Shown piece after piece: positions 28,237-38,094 of a stretch of 57,627 bases of DNA. The number at the start of each line of letters is the position of its first letter. The stretch's first letter is position 1. A model generated the notes under the pieces. That model was not told where the DNA came from, ran no database searches, and saw only the letters and a program-made list of their open reading frames with translations. The translations under genes were made by a program, and so were the position numbers. Source of the DNA: a virus (taxonomy: Duplodnaviria > Caudoviricetes); the IMG/VR virus record IMGVR_UViG_3300031702_000006, positions 1 to 57,627 of that record; one strand, given 5' to 3'.

Positions 28237-30648
28237 CTAGCTAGGGCCGAACTGCTCTAAACCAAATCCATCTAAATTGTCATTACCTGTTGATTCGAAA
28301 TTCTTAGGTAGTAAATCATTTTGTCTTTGATCTATCAATTCACTTTGTTGAGTACCTTGCATTTGTATTCTTTTGTCTTTGCGGTTCTCTATTAAAGACT
28401 CTTTATCTTGTTGAGCTTTCATATTGAGCTGTGCTAGCTGTATTTGATATTGAAACTCTTCTGCCATTAATTGCTTTTTAATCAAAGCCTCTTGTTCCAT
28501 TCTTTGTATTTCGAATTGAGACTTAGCTTGTTCAATCTGCATTTCAGTTTGAGCTAAAGCTTGTCTTTTTTGAACCTCAGCTACAGCTGCTTTTTCAGCT
28601 GATTCAGCATTAGCTTGAGCTTGAGCTTGTATGTTTTGCATTTGAACAGCTTGCTCTTGTTCCGCTTTTTTCTTTTGTCTAGATTTTAAAAGTTCATTTG
28701 CAAGCTTAATGTTTTGTATTTGTCTAATGTCTATTGCATCAGCTAGACCTATACTTTTAGTTTGCAAAGCTATTTGTATGCTTTTCTCTAAATTAGCTTT
28801 TTCTTCTTCTTCTGGTTCTAATTCTAAAAATATACCAAAATCATGCATATGTAAATCTTCCATCTCAACTAAAGTAGCTGTATTGAAACTATTTATACTG
28901 CTCATTAAAGCTTGCTTTGTTAAAGGAAATTGCAGCATATCACTAGCTCTTAGGCTAATGTTTTCACATGTTCTTATGCTTAAGTACATTAGAGACTGCA
29001 GTATGTGTCTAGTTGCTGTGTTTGAATTGGCGGCGGCTAATTTCTGCAAACCTACTAAAGCGTTTTTATCTGGAGTACTTCCATCTCTAGCTTCGTTAAG
29101 ACCAGTTACATCACGTATCATCTGTAAATAATACTGATACGTTTGTATCATAGCTTGTATTTTGGAAATACCAGAAGAACTTTGAAGTTCTTGAATAGGC
29201 ACTTTACCTCTATTCATTTCGCCGTCTTGAGTAAGTGATCTACCTACTATAGTACCAGTCTGGAAATACATATTTAGTGCTTCTGCTGGGTTATAATTAG
29301 TTCCATTACCTAAATCTACTTCAGCTAATCCGTCTACATCTAAATAAACTCCATCTGGAACCATTCTCTGTAAAACTTGCTGTAGTTTTAAATGAGTTAA
29401 CTGTATCATGTCAGCAAAACTTATAGTTCTACTAACTAAAGATTCTATACGACCTTGATACATTCTAGGTGCTGAGATACAATAATTCATGTTTACCTTA
29501 GTTGTATCACCTAAAGGCCTTGTCATGTTTTCAGCTAATTTCCACTCTAGCATAGTGTCACCCATACCTAGTATCTTAGCGCCAGTATATAAAACCTCAA
29601 TAGATCTCGACACTCTTTCAAAATTATCACTAGGTGGTGGATTAAACGTATCTTCTTTTTCTAATGTCTTTTCTAAACCTTGTTCGGTTTTTTTAATTTT
29701 AAAAACTTGATCTTGATAGGTTTTATATTCAAAAAACAAAACTTGATGTAATTCTGGATCACTTTGAACCTGCCAATCGCTTCTCGCGTAATTTTGTCTA
29801 CCTGGATATTTTTGTATTACTTCTAATTCACTATTAGTTAGAGCAGGATATAATCTTTTTATTTCTGATAATGATAAACTTTTAATTTCACCAACATAAT
29901 AAATGTCTTCAAAATTAGGATCATCAGTAGCTGAATAAATTATATTAGCTGGATCAACGTAGTCTATTGTTATTCCTTCTGAAAGATTAAAGCTAGTTTT
30001 AACGGCTCCAATACCTAAAACTGTTAAATCGTAAGCTAATCTTTTTTTAGTTTCAGAATATTTGTTATAATCTAATACGTTATTTATTAGCTCTTCTTCA
30101 GCAATCTCTACACTCTGCTTGTAATTAAGCTGCATATATAGATCTAATTCTTCAGGATCATTTGGTAATGCTTCCGGTCTTGCTGAAGCATAATAATTTT
30201 TTCCAGTTAATTGAGCTAATTCTTCTATTTGATCTTTCTGCTGCATGTCTCTCAATGCGTTAAAAGCAAAATCAGTTCTTTGTTGAGTAGCAAAAGGATC
30301 TGATGCAAAAGATTTTATTTCATAACCTTTTTCAGTCATACCGTTAACTACTATGTCAACGAACTTTGATAAAACAGGTATTGGTTTCCAATCTAAATTA
30401 AGATAAGACAAGTCACCATTAGTAGACAACTCATCTTTATATTTTTGTATAGGTTGTTCACCTCTAGCATACAATCTAAGTTTGTTGAAATTTTGAAAAT
30501 TCCAAGAAAACCTGTTAGTTCCACTACTGTTTCTAAACCATTCTTGCTCTATAGCATTACCCACCTTCAAACCATATTCAAATGATTTTTTCTCTTCTTC
30601 AGGTACAACCTGATCTGGAAAGATGCTATTATTACTAGTGTAAACCAT
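28237..30648 (-). CDS. portal protein
   Basis: 803 aa after terminase; LRLYARGEQ, WKPIPVLSKFVD, RDVTGLNEARDG, Gln-rich barrel. Confidence 0.88.
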   Translation of the reverse strand: MVYTSNNSIFPDQVVPEEEKKSFEYGLKVGNAIEQEWFRNSSGTNRFSWNFQNFNKLRLYARGEQPIQKYKDELSTNGDLSYLNLDWKPIPVLSKFVDIVVNGMTEKGYEIKSFASDPFATQQRTDFAFNALRDMQQKDQIEELAQLTGKNYYASARPEALPNDPEELDLYMQLNYKQSVEIAEEELINNVLDYNKYSETKKRLAYDLTVLGIGAVKTSFNLSEGITIDYVDPANIIYSATDDPNFEDIYYVGEIKSLSLSEIKRLYPALTNSELEVIQKYPGRQNYARSDWQVQSDPELHQVLFFEYKTYQDQVFKIKKTEQGLEKTLEKEDTFNPPPSDNFERVSRSIEVLYTGAKILGMGDTMLEWKLAENMTRPLGDTTKVNMNYCISAPRMYQGRIESLVSRTISFADMIQLTHLKLQQVLQRMVPDGVYLDVDGLAEVDLGNGTNYNPAEALNMYFQTGTIVGRSLTQDGEMNRGKVPIQELQSSSGISKIQAMIQTYQYYLQMIRDVTGLNEARDGSTPDKNALVGLQKLAAANSNTATRHILQSLMYLSIRTCENISLRASDMLQFPLTKQALMSSINSFNTATLVEMEDLHMHDFGIFLELEPEEEEKANLEKSIQIALQTKSIGLADAIDIRQIQNIKLANELLKSRQKKKAEQEQAVQMQNIQAQAQANAESAEKAAVAEVQKRQALAQTEMQIEQAKSQFEIQRMEQEALIKKQLMAEEFQYQIQLAQLNMKAQQDKESLIENRKDKRIQMQGTQQSELIDQRQNDLLPKNFESTGNDNLDGFGLEQFGPS

Positions 30649-30651
30649 TTA

Positions 30652-32871
30652 TTATATTATTTTTGAATTCGCACCCATATTGTCGTATTTTTTAAAGCCT
30701 AATGAAACCTTAGACATAGTTCTTTTAGCTACAGGTGTATATCTGTTTTTATTGCAAGCCATTATAGCTAAACCAGAACTTATAGAAGCATCATGCTTTG
30801 TTCTATTGTTTATGTTGAATTTTTCCCAGTCTTCAAGCGTTCGCTGAAAATACATGTTACCATAACCTTCGTCTTGTAAACCTATATGGTTTTCTATATA
30901 ATCTTCTATAGCGGCTGCGTGAGCTTGCTTTATATCTTCGCTTGAATTGGGTATTCCACCTATTTCTTTTTCAGTAACAGATAATTTATGCATAACCTTG
31001 TCTGGTCTATTCATAGAGTATCCCCTGTAACCTCTTCTTTTTATATAATACAATAGTCTAGGCTTATTGTTCTCTGCTAATATTGGCATACCATAAAAAA
31101 CCAATGCCATTAACACATCCTCAAAAAATATCTCAGCAGTCTGTGGTCTAGCTATGTATTCTAAAAAGAATAAATTAGGAGGAACGTCTTCCATTGAAAA
31201 CTTAGTTAAACCGTGCAAAGCACCATTAGATCCTCTACCGTCTACTGTTCCTGATATGTCGTAACTATCACAGCCAAATGCACCACAATGATCATTACCT
31301 GGATATTTTGTATTGTTTTTTAATATATATTTATTCTGCAGATTACTTGGAGGAACCCAACTAACAAAAAATCTACCATTTTTACTTGGTAAAAACATCA
31401 CCCTAGTATCTTTAATCCCACCTTCCCATTGAAAATTACCCTGCGTAACAACATTAGTGTTACGAAGATCTTCATTATAGTCTATTTGCTCGTATATTTT
31501 AGTTAAATTAAACAAAGCTTGCTTAGCTTCGTCTCTAAAAGCATGCTTAGTTGTTCTTGGGAATTGTCTATAGTACTCATTTAAACCGTCTTGGTCGTTT
31601 TTTAAACCATCAACTTCGTTTTCCCAATGTGATATAACACCTATATCTATGTCTTCTCCGTCAATACCTTTAATGGCTTTTTTTGGAGTGTCGAATACAG
31701 GAAATCCATGAGCATCAATGTATCCTTCGTAGTTCCATTCCATAGGTATGAACAAACTATATAATCCTGAACTAGTCTGTCCATTGCGGTTTCTTTCGGT
31801 GACGTCCGAAGCTTCGTATAATTTCTTAAAATTTGCTCCACCTTTATCTAATGCGTTTGAGGTAGAACCCATCATACATTTTCCTACTATTTTTCTACCT
31901 AATCTTAAAGTTGTTTTCGTGACCCTCCAGTTGTTGAGGATGTTGTCCGGTCTCTCCCATTTACCCGATTCATCGTGGACGAGGAGCTTGAGTTTCTCTC
32001 CGTCGTACGAGTTGTCACCGGTATTCTTCCAGTCGATCGTGGTGTCGAGACCGTCTTGTATCTCCTCGCTGGCCTCTTTAATCGAGTTTCTCGTGAGCCG
32101 CTTAGACGGTACTTTGTAGGATAACTCCGTCTTTGGTCTTTCCATACCGTCTTGTACGGGCTTGAAAAAGAACGGGTAGTTAAGTGATATGGGTACAACC
32201 TTGTCTGTAAACATCTTCTTAGCATCAGCTCCCGATTTAGAGAGTATCCCAAACCTAGCATCTCTTGATATTGTAGCGAGGTTAACAGTGTCTGCGGATG
32301 CCATGAATGAGAATCCAGAACGCCTGTTCTTAAGATAGCACATTCCGTAACTACGGTTGTCTGCCTTGCAAGCCTCCCAGAATATATAGAATAATCTGTT
32401 TGACTCCCTAAAGTCTGCTGACCCCACATCAATTTTAGTCCACTGCAAGTACATGTACTGAGTACCAGTAATATAAGTAGGAATACCTTTGTTATAGTAC
32501 CAATAACCTTCTTCACGTTTAACAAACTCTTGGTTGATGTATTCATACCATTTATCTTTAAAGCTTTGTGGATATTGATTCCAATCAAAGACCGTTTGTA
32601 TTTTACTTAATTCTTCAGGCAATTTAATTACTTGCCAGAACTGCTCTTCTATTTTATCTGATCTTTTATATACTTTATCAGCTAAAGGTAAAGCTATTTT
32701 TAAGTTTTGTATTTCATATATTTCACCTATTTTACCAGTTTTACTGATAACAATAACGTCATGCTCTTTATTGTATCCGTAATCCCATTTGTTATAACGA
32801 TTGTTTTTCTTTATAACTTGAGGTTTTATATGATCTTTAACAATTTTAAATAAACTTTGTATATATATCAT
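30652..32871 (-). CDS. terL: terminase large subunit
   Basis: Walker A-like KNRRSGFS, Walker B LLVHDE, GSTSN, nuclease motifs GCDSYD and HDASIS. Confidence 0.93.
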   Translation of the reverse strand: MIYIQSLFKIVKDHIKPQVIKKNNRYNKWDYGYNKEHDVIVISKTGKIGEIYEIQNLKIALPLADKVYKRSDKIEEQFWQVIKLPEELSKIQTVFDWNQYPQSFKDKWYEYINQEFVKREEGYWYYNKGIPTYITGTQYMYLQWTKIDVGSADFRESNRLFYIFWEACKADNRSYGMCYLKNRRSGFSFMASADTVNLATISRDARFGILSKSGADAKKMFTDKVVPISLNYPFFFKPVQDGMERPKTELSYKVPSKRLTRNSIKEASEEIQDGLDTTIDWKNTGDNSYDGEKLKLLVHDESGKWERPDNILNNWRVTKTTLRLGRKIVGKCMMGSTSNALDKGGANFKKLYEASDVTERNRNGQTSSGLYSLFIPMEWNYEGYIDAHGFPVFDTPKKAIKGIDGEDIDIGVISHWENEVDGLKNDQDGLNEYYRQFPRTTKHAFRDEAKQALFNLTKIYEQIDYNEDLRNTNVVTQGNFQWEGGIKDTRVMFLPSKNGRFFVSWVPPSNLQNKYILKNNTKYPGNDHCGAFGCDSYDISGTVDGRGSNGALHGLTKFSMEDVPPNLFFLEYIARPQTAEIFFEDVLMALVFYGMPILAENNKPRLLYYIKRRGYRGYSMNRPDKVMHKLSVTEKEIGGIPNSSEDIKQAHAAAIEDYIENHIGLQDEGYGNMYFQRTLEDWEKFNINNRTKHDASISSGLAIMACNKNRYTPVAKRTMSKVSLGFKKYDNMGANSKII

Positions 32872-33140
32872 TTGGATCTACCTTCAGCAAACCCTTTAAA
32901 AGCCTCTACTTTAGTCTCGGCAGGTTTGTCATTTAAAATATTTTCTTCTGCTTCTATTCTTGATAGAATTTCAAAAGCATCAAAGATTGCTAATTTTTTT
33001 GTAGCGGCAGCGTTTTTAAGTCTGTCAGCCGAGATATCATCTTCTGAGTCTACGATCTTTTCTTTTGCTACCTTAATTAGTTCTTCAACTGCTACTTGCC
33101 CAGCTAGGATTATATTCTTTTTGGTTTCCTTTATGTTCAT
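32868..33140 (-). CDS. conserved protein, candidate terminase small subunit
   Basis: helical 90-aa protein translationally coupled upstream of terL. Confidence 0.5.
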   Translation of the reverse strand: MNIKETKKNIILAGQVAVEELIKVAKEKIVDSEDDISADRLKNAAATKKLAIFDAFEILSRIEAEENILNDKPAETKVEAFKGFAEGRSK

Positions 33141-33690
33141 ATTTAATTAGAATATCATTTGATTGCATGCAGTATAATAACTCTTTATCTACTAAGAATT
33201 CAAACTCTCTGTTCTTCTTGAAACCTACAAAGTCTTCTGGGTGCATATCAAGAGCTTCTAATGAGCTATTGCTATACTTTATTATCCCAACGTTCTTTTT
33301 TAGTTTCTCTAAGCTAGAGTCATCTTCTTTTAATATAGGTTTTATAAAACAATAGTTACCGTTTGGTTTCCAGGTTTTGTTTCTTTTGTACATGTAGACT
33401 TGATCTGGGCCAGCGAAATATAAGTCTTCTTTAAAGTAAGTACTGCTGTTTACAGATTTACCTTTCATGTTGTAATACCTTCTAAATATGTTATGGTGTA
33501 CTATAACTATATCTCCAGGTTCTAATTCACTCTTGTAGGCTAATGGAGTTGATACGACTACAGCTAATCTGTTTACGAATTTATGATCTGAAATACTAGA
33601 GTTAACTATTAGTTTCTTACCATCTATATCAATCTCATTACTATATCTACCTCCTAAAGGTTTGATAATGTATTGATATATGCTTTTCAT
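33085..33690 (-). CDS. tandem GroES-like fold protein
   Basis: IIKPLGGRY...AVVVSTP...LEPGDIVIVHH, then a second FIKPI...LYCMQSNDIL unit. Confidence 0.55.
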   Translation of the reverse strand: MKSIYQYIIKPLGGRYSNEIDIDGKKLIVNSSISDHKFVNRLAVVVSTPLAYKSELEPGDIVIVHHNIFRRYYNMKGKSVNSSTYFKEDLYFAGPDQVYMYKRNKTWKPNGNYCFIKPILKEDDSSLEKLKKNVGIIKYSNSSLEALDMHPEDFVGFKKNREFEFLVDKELLYCMQSNDILIKYEHKGNQKEYNPSWASSS

Positions 33691-33917
33691 TCGTATCCTA
33701 AATCATATTCAACAGAGATAGCCATATTAGAATTAAATTTCTTCCAAGGTAAAACTTCATCTTCTTTTTTTATAAATATATTATAAGAAGATTCTGCCTC
33801 GTCAAATAGTATGTCTGAAATAGTATGACCACCATACACTTGCTGTCCTGTAGCGTAGTGCATGGCATCATTTTTATAATCAGCTCCTATACTAATTTTT
33901 CTTATTATAGAAGCCAT
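33687..33917 (-). CDS. conserved hypothetical protein
   Basis: IRKISIGADYKNDAMHY; operon coupling. Confidence 0.7.
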   Translation of the reverse strand: MASIIRKISIGADYKNDAMHYATGQQVYGGHTISDILFDEAESSYNIFIKKEDEVLPWKKFNSNMAISVEYDLGYE

Positions 33918-33919
33918 TA

Positions 33920-34201
33920 TTACTTTTCTTCTTCTTTTTCGATATCTTCATAAGACCCGTCTTCAATATTGATATTGATAGCGCCATATTCTTTCTCTAA
34001 TTCAGTCTTGTATTTTTCTACCTCATCAACTATACTAGCGTATTCGTGCAAGAGTTGATGTTTTTGAGTTTCTAAAAATCCAATATTGGTCAATGACTTA
34101 TTTAGGTCTTTTTGGTGTTGTTGGATTTTTAGTAATTGTTCGTCAGTAATTTTGTTAACTTCTTGGCTCATTTCTTTTGTTTTGGTTTGTACTTTTTCCA
34201 T
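33920..34201 (-). CDS. coiled-coil protein
   Basis: heptad pattern, LEKEYGAININIEDG terminus. Confidence 0.7.
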   Translation of the reverse strand: MEKVQTKTKEMSQEVNKITDEQLLKIQQHQKDLNKSLTNIGFLETQKHQLLHEYASIVDEVEKYKTELEKEYGAININIEDGSYEDIEKEEEK

Positions 34202-34231
34202 TTGATTTGATTTAATTTAGTTTAGTTTAGT

Positions 34232-34942
34232 TTAATATAATGCTATTATTTGTGTAGCAGTTGTAGCGGTATCAGTTGTGTATATTTTTCTAACTGAAAA
34301 TGGTAATACAGTCCCAGGAACTGCTGTAATTGTTATCGTTTGATTTAGTGGAGCACTTACTAATTCCACTTTAATACCTGTTCCAGCTCCAACATATACA
34401 GAGCAAGAACCACCTTCTGCTTCATATATGCCATCTGTTCCTGCAGCAGCTCCACTAAACGGAGCTTGAAGGTCTGCAGCTGTCAATGTAACTGTAGATA
34501 ATCCTGTTATAGCTGGAGCTTGAACTCCAAAAGCAGTTGTCATCGTGGCGGCATCAAATAATATAGTTTGACCTGCTGCAGCCATGTTAGGACCAGATCC
34601 TGGATTAAATGGAGCAGCCGCTACCGCAGCGCCTTGAATTGACCCATTTGGTCGTGATTGTATCACTTGTATTCTATCAACAGCACCAGCGCCATTTGTT
34701 CTTATAGCGTATTGAGCTCCTGTAGCATTGTTTTGTTCGCCTGTACCAGGACCTCTTGTACTAGCAAAAGCAGAACCTAAAAAAGTTCCTCCAGATGCTG
34801 TAACTATTCGCTCTGTACTGGCTGGTAAATTAGCAAAATTATTAGCTTGTGCAGCTAATAAAGCTCCTTGAGAACGTAAAGTTCCTACTAATAACACGTC
34901 TACAGCGTGCGTTGCGTTTGTTGTAATATTTTTTGGAAACAT
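34232..34942 (-). CDS. putative virion structural / decoration protein
   Basis: Ala/Gly/Thr-rich, VYVGAG...GTVLPFSVRKIY...IIALY terminus. Confidence 0.6.
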   Translation of the reverse strand: MFPKNITTNATHAVDVLLVGTLRSQGALLAAQANNFANLPASTERIVTASGGTFLGSAFASTRGPGTGEQNNATGAQYAIRTNGAGAVDRIQVIQSRPNGSIQGAAVAAAPFNPGSGPNMAAAGQTILFDAATMTTAFGVQAPAITGLSTVTLTAADLQAPFSGAAAGTDGIYEAEGGSCSVYVGAGTGIKVELVSAPLNQTITITAVPGTVLPFSVRKIYTTDTATTATQIIALY

Positions 34943-34949
34943 ATCTTTT

Positions 34950-35330
34950 TTATTTTACTTTATCTTTTATTTTTTCATAAGTTCTAAGTCCACCTAATCC
35001 AAGCATACCGAGTAGTACCGTCATTAAGTGTTCCATTTGTAGTGGCGGTGGAACATCAGTTGCATTAGTTATCCATATAAATAAATCTCTAATAACAAAG
35101 TTGTAAGCTAATGCAAAGCCGCATATCCAACCTATAAACGGTCGCCATCCGGCAACGAATAAAGTTCGATGTGAAGCTTCAGCTAGGTTTATTTTGGTTT
35201 GAAGTTCTATTAATTTTTCAGGATCTAATTCTTTCCCTTTAATTGCTTCTCTTATTTCCCAAGCTAAACCACCAGCTACAGACTTCCTACCTTCACCTCC
35301 TTTTAAAAGACCTAGTAGTACCTTCCACAT
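34950..35330 (-). CDS. holin of the 3TM (GTA-type) family
   Basis: FVAGWRPFIGW and LLGMLGLGGLRTYEK signatures. Confidence 0.82.
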   Translation of the reverse strand: MWKVLLGLLKGGEGRKSVAGGLAWEIREAIKGKELDPEKLIELQTKINLAEASHRTLFVAGWRPFIGWICGFALAYNFVIRDLFIWITNATDVPPPLQMEHLMTVLLGMLGLGGLRTYEKIKDKVK

Positions 35331-35669
35331 CTATTTACCGTATTTACCTATATCTTTTATAGTTTTAACTAAAACAGATTTTTTCTTAAGAACTGGATCT
35401 TTAGTATCACGTAATCTTTTTCTTTCTGCAGCTATTTTAGCACTATCAATTTTATATTTTGCTAATTCTTTAGGTGATCGAAGTGAATCTGGCGCCTTGG
35501 GATCTGTTTTTTTAGTAAAAGCTTTAGAGTCTAACTGATCTCCTGGTCCGGGATGTGTTTTTTTACCAGTCGCAGGATCTACTTTTCCATGTGCGTGTAA
35601 AGCGCTAGCTTTGTTATCTATAGGCATTGTGCTAAGTAAATTCCTAGCATGTTTTTTCATCCAACTCAT
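35331..35669 (-). CDS. small basic late protein
   Basis: ORF track; Lys-rich. Confidence 0.65.
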   Translation of the reverse strand: MSWMKKHARNLLSTMPIDNKASALHAHGKVDPATGKKTHPGPGDQLDSKAFTKKTDPKAPDSLRSPKELAKYKIDSAKIAAERKRLRDTKDPVLKKKSVLVKTIKDIGKYGK

Positions 35670-35684
35670 AATATTGTTTTTTTG

Positions 35685-35996
35685 TTATGCATTTTTGTAA
35701 GCTTCTTTTTCCCAAGGCAAATTCTTTGCCCCTTCTTTCATTGAAGCTCTAGAGTATTTTTTTCCTTTCCAAGTAACCGTATCGTTATCATAGGATAAGT
35801 CACCTCTGTCCATTTGGTCTAAGTGTACTTTTTCATGATCTATAACTTCTTTAATCTGGTCAGGATCCGTAAGCTCTTTATTTATAACTATAGTACCATT
35901 GTCATTAGCTTTACCTAAAACGCCTTCTTCCATATCTATTTTATATATAGGAGTATTGTCGTTGTCATAAGGTGCGCCTTTCATTATAAATGCCAT
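35685..35996 (-). CDS. small zincin-like metallopeptidase
   Basis: HEKVH motif plus downstream PWEKEAY. Confidence 0.75.
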   Translation of the reverse strand: MAFIMKGAPYDNDNTPIYKIDMEEGVLGKANDNGTIVINKELTDPDQIKEVIDHEKVHLDQMDRGDLSYDNDTVTWKGKKYSRASMKEGAKNLPWEKEAYKNA

Positions 35997-35998
35997 AG

Positions 35999-36157
35999 TT
36001 ATTGTTTATACGGTAATATTTTATTCAATGCTTCTTTTCTTTGTTGACAACCACAGGGAATATTTAATCCCTGTGATACTGTGTCAACTAAAGTTTTAAT
36101 TCCGGTTGCTTCTGTAAATTTCTCTACGGTGTCGCCAAAACCTTTTGATTTGTTCAT
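35999..36157 (-). CDS. small conserved protein (52 aa, GFGDTVEK...CGCQQRKEALN)
   Basis: hand-translated; recurrent phage motif; coupled to upstream stop. Confidence 0.75.
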   Translation of the reverse strand: MNKSKGFGDTVEKFTEATGIKTLVDTVSQGLNIPCGCQQRKEALNKILPYKQ

Positions 36158-36543
36158 TAAGCTGTGAACGTTGCATTAGAAGCATACATTTGTAAATTAC
36201 CAACTAACGGCGCTTGCCCTGGAGTTGGTACTCCAGTTGTTTGGTCTTTTCCAAGAGTCACTGTAGCTTTAATACCACCTGGATTAGCGGTCATAGCTCT
36301 ATTAACTGATTGAATAACAGACGTTCCAGCTGTTATAACTGGAATATTTGCAGCTGCTCCCGTTGGTACTGTTTTAATTAAAAACGTAACAGTTGACGTT
36401 GCTGTTGCTGATAAACCTAAAGTAAGTAATCCGGTTCCAGTGTTGTAATTTACGTGTCTAATTAGATCTACGTTTACTAGAACTGGTCCTTCTGTAGTAG
36501 GTGCTGCGCTGTTTACGATGTTAAATGATAAAAATTTTGCCAT
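36157..36543 (-). CDS. putative structural protein
   Basis: Thr/Ala-rich beta-type sequence, AMTANPGG motif. Confidence 0.65.
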   Translation of the reverse strand: MAKFLSFNIVNSAAPTTEGPVLVNVDLIRHVNYNTGTGLLTLGLSATATSTVTFLIKTVPTGAAANIPVITAGTSVIQSVNRAMTANPGGIKATVTLGKDQTTGVPTPGQAPLVGNLQMYASNATFTA

Positions 36544-36613
36544 TGTGTTTGTTGTTTGTTGTTGTTTATGTAGTTATTTTTAGGTTTATCACAGTCCTAT
36601 CTGTTTTAGTCAT

Positions 36614-37060
36614 TTATTTTCTTAGTTTACCTTTAAGAACTTTACCCATGTTTTTAGCTGGTACTTCTTTTTTTCCGTACATTTTAGCAGGTGAAGAATA
36701 ATCTTTTTTAGATTTACTGTCGTCTCCTTTTTTTCCACCATACATTTTAACAGGAGCGTGAGTAATACCTTTAGATCTAGTAAATTCATCATGCATCATA
36801 GCAGCAGATCTACCGCCTGTCATGTCTTTATCTAACGGCATGTCAGTTAATTCATCACTCATGTAAGCCATAGGACCTTTTTCCTTGCCTTCCATATGAT
36901 TAGGTGATTTATGGTCTGCTATATTGTTTTTTAAATAATTCAAACGCGCGCTAGCGCTTAAGTTTTTGTCATAAGCTTGTTTAGCGTCGTATGCTTCATC
37001 GCTTTTTTTACTGAATTTTGGATGATTTCCAGAATATTGTCCGTAGTGTCCTTGTCCCAT
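36614..37060 (-). CDS. small basic repeat protein
   Basis: repeated xP(A/V)KMYG units. Confidence 0.7.
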   Translation of the reverse strand: MGQGHYGQYSGNHPKFSKKSDEAYDAKQAYDKNLSASARLNYLKNNIADHKSPNHMEGKEKGPMAYMSDELTDMPLDKDMTGGRSAAMMHDEFTRSKGITHAPVKMYGGKKGDDSKSKKDYSSPAKMYGKKEVPAKNMGKVLKGKLRK

Positions 37061-37093
37061 GTTAGTTGTTTTTAGTTATTGTTATTGTTGTTG

Positions 37094-37378
37094 TTATTTT
37101 TTTTTATTTGAATTACAAAAACTTTTTGCAGCTCCAATGCTTCCAAATCCCCATTTTTTTAAAGCCATTGCTTTTTTAGTTGGTTTTCCTTTAGCATCTT
37201 TCATTGCTCCTTGCATACCTGCAAATCTACAAGCAAAAGAAACTCTTCTAGAGTTTTTACCCTTAGTAAGTCTTTTACCCAACGTTTTACCTGTTTCTTT
37301 AGTGTAAGTAGAACGCATAGACCTGTTCTGTTTTTCGTAAGACTGGTCTGTTATTTTAAAAGGACTTTTAGACACCAT
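37094..37378 (-). CDS. small basic late protein
   Basis: RRVSFACRFAGM...PTKKAMALKKWG motif. Confidence 0.75.
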   Translation of the reverse strand: MVSKSPFKITDQSYEKQNRSMRSTYTKETGKTLGKRLTKGKNSRRVSFACRFAGMQGAMKDAKGKPTKKAMALKKWGFGSIGAAKSFCNSNKKK

Positions 37379-37390
37379 ATGCTATATCTT

Positions 37391-37419
37391 AATTATTACT
37401 TCTTTTCTTTAAGTTTTAC
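37391..37419 (-). promoter_or_regulatory. putative late promoter
   Basis: GTAAA-N15-GTAATAATT just upstream of the ATG at 37378. Confidence 0.55.
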
Positions 37420-37548
37420 CCACTTAGTTATTGTATAACCAATACTTATAAGTAATAAAAAAACCTTTAATCCAACTTCTACGTGAGTCATACTTATAGC
37501 TAACGTAGTTGTATTTAATATCAATATTTTCAAATCTGCCATTTTCAT
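37396..37548 (-). CDS. small membrane protein (50 aa)
   Basis: hand-translated MKMADLKILILNTTTLAISMTHVEVGLKVFLLLISIGYTITKWVKLKEKK. Confidence 0.65.
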   Translation of the reverse strand: MKMADLKILILNTTTLAISMTHVEVGLKVFLLLISIGYTITKWVKLKEKK

Positions 37549-37558
37549 TTTAAAAACG

Positions 37559-37780
37559 TTAGTAATTACCTTTAGCTATCTGAGTGATTGGCAGTCTTTT
37601 GTTCATGCTAACTGCTGATTCAGGAAATTTAGATACTTGCATACCCATAATACCTGAACTAGATCCAGAACCATGTAGTCTACCTTCTTGATTAAGAGGT
37701 CCATCCCATATATGAGATTCACCTACTACTCCTACTTTCTTGCCTTTACTTGCTTTTTGAAATGCTTCGTCGTTATGCAT
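37559..37780 (-). CDS. small late protein
   Basis: ORF track; operon packing. Confidence 0.65.
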   Translation of the reverse strand: MHNDEAFQKASKGKKVGVVGESHIWDGPLNQEGRLHGSGSSSGIMGMQVSKFPESAVSMNKRLPITQIAKGNY

Positions 37781-37784
37781 AATA

Positions 37785-37922
37785 TTATTTTTTATTTGCT
37801 CTTCTAGAGTCGTGATTATATCCTTTATCTTTTAACGATAAATGTTGTTTCATAGTATTAGCATCTTTTACTATACCAGTCTTGCTATACATTTTATGAG
37901 GTTTAAATTTCTTAGTTGCCAT
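37785..37922 (-). CDS. small basic protein (45 aa, MATKKFKPHKMY...)
   Basis: hand-translated; fills the gap. Confidence 0.65.
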   Translation of the reverse strand: MATKKFKPHKMYSKTGIVKDANTMKQHLSLKDKGYNHDSRRANKK

Positions 37923-37926
37923 GATT

Positions 37927-38091
37927 TTATTTGCTAGCGTGTAACGCTTTTATGTTATTCAAAGCAGCTTTTCTACTGGCAAAACCTTTTCTCCAGATTC
38001 CACCCTTCTTATTGTTTAATATATAAAAACTTCCGTTAGAACCTCTTATACATCCTTTGTCTGTGTCTGCACAACCTTTTCCTGATTTCAT
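37927..38091 (-). CDS. small basic protein (54 aa, MKSGKGCADTDKGCI...)
   Basis: hand-translated; fills the gap. Confidence 0.65.
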   Translation of the reverse strand: MKSGKGCADTDKGCIRGSNGSFYILNNKKGGIWRKGFASRKAALNNIKALHASK

Positions 38092-38094
38092 AAT

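Noticed and set aside
36584-36612. Additional late promoter upstream of 36543
   Set aside because: GTGATAAAC half-site present but no G(G/T)AAA at the 15-nt spacing
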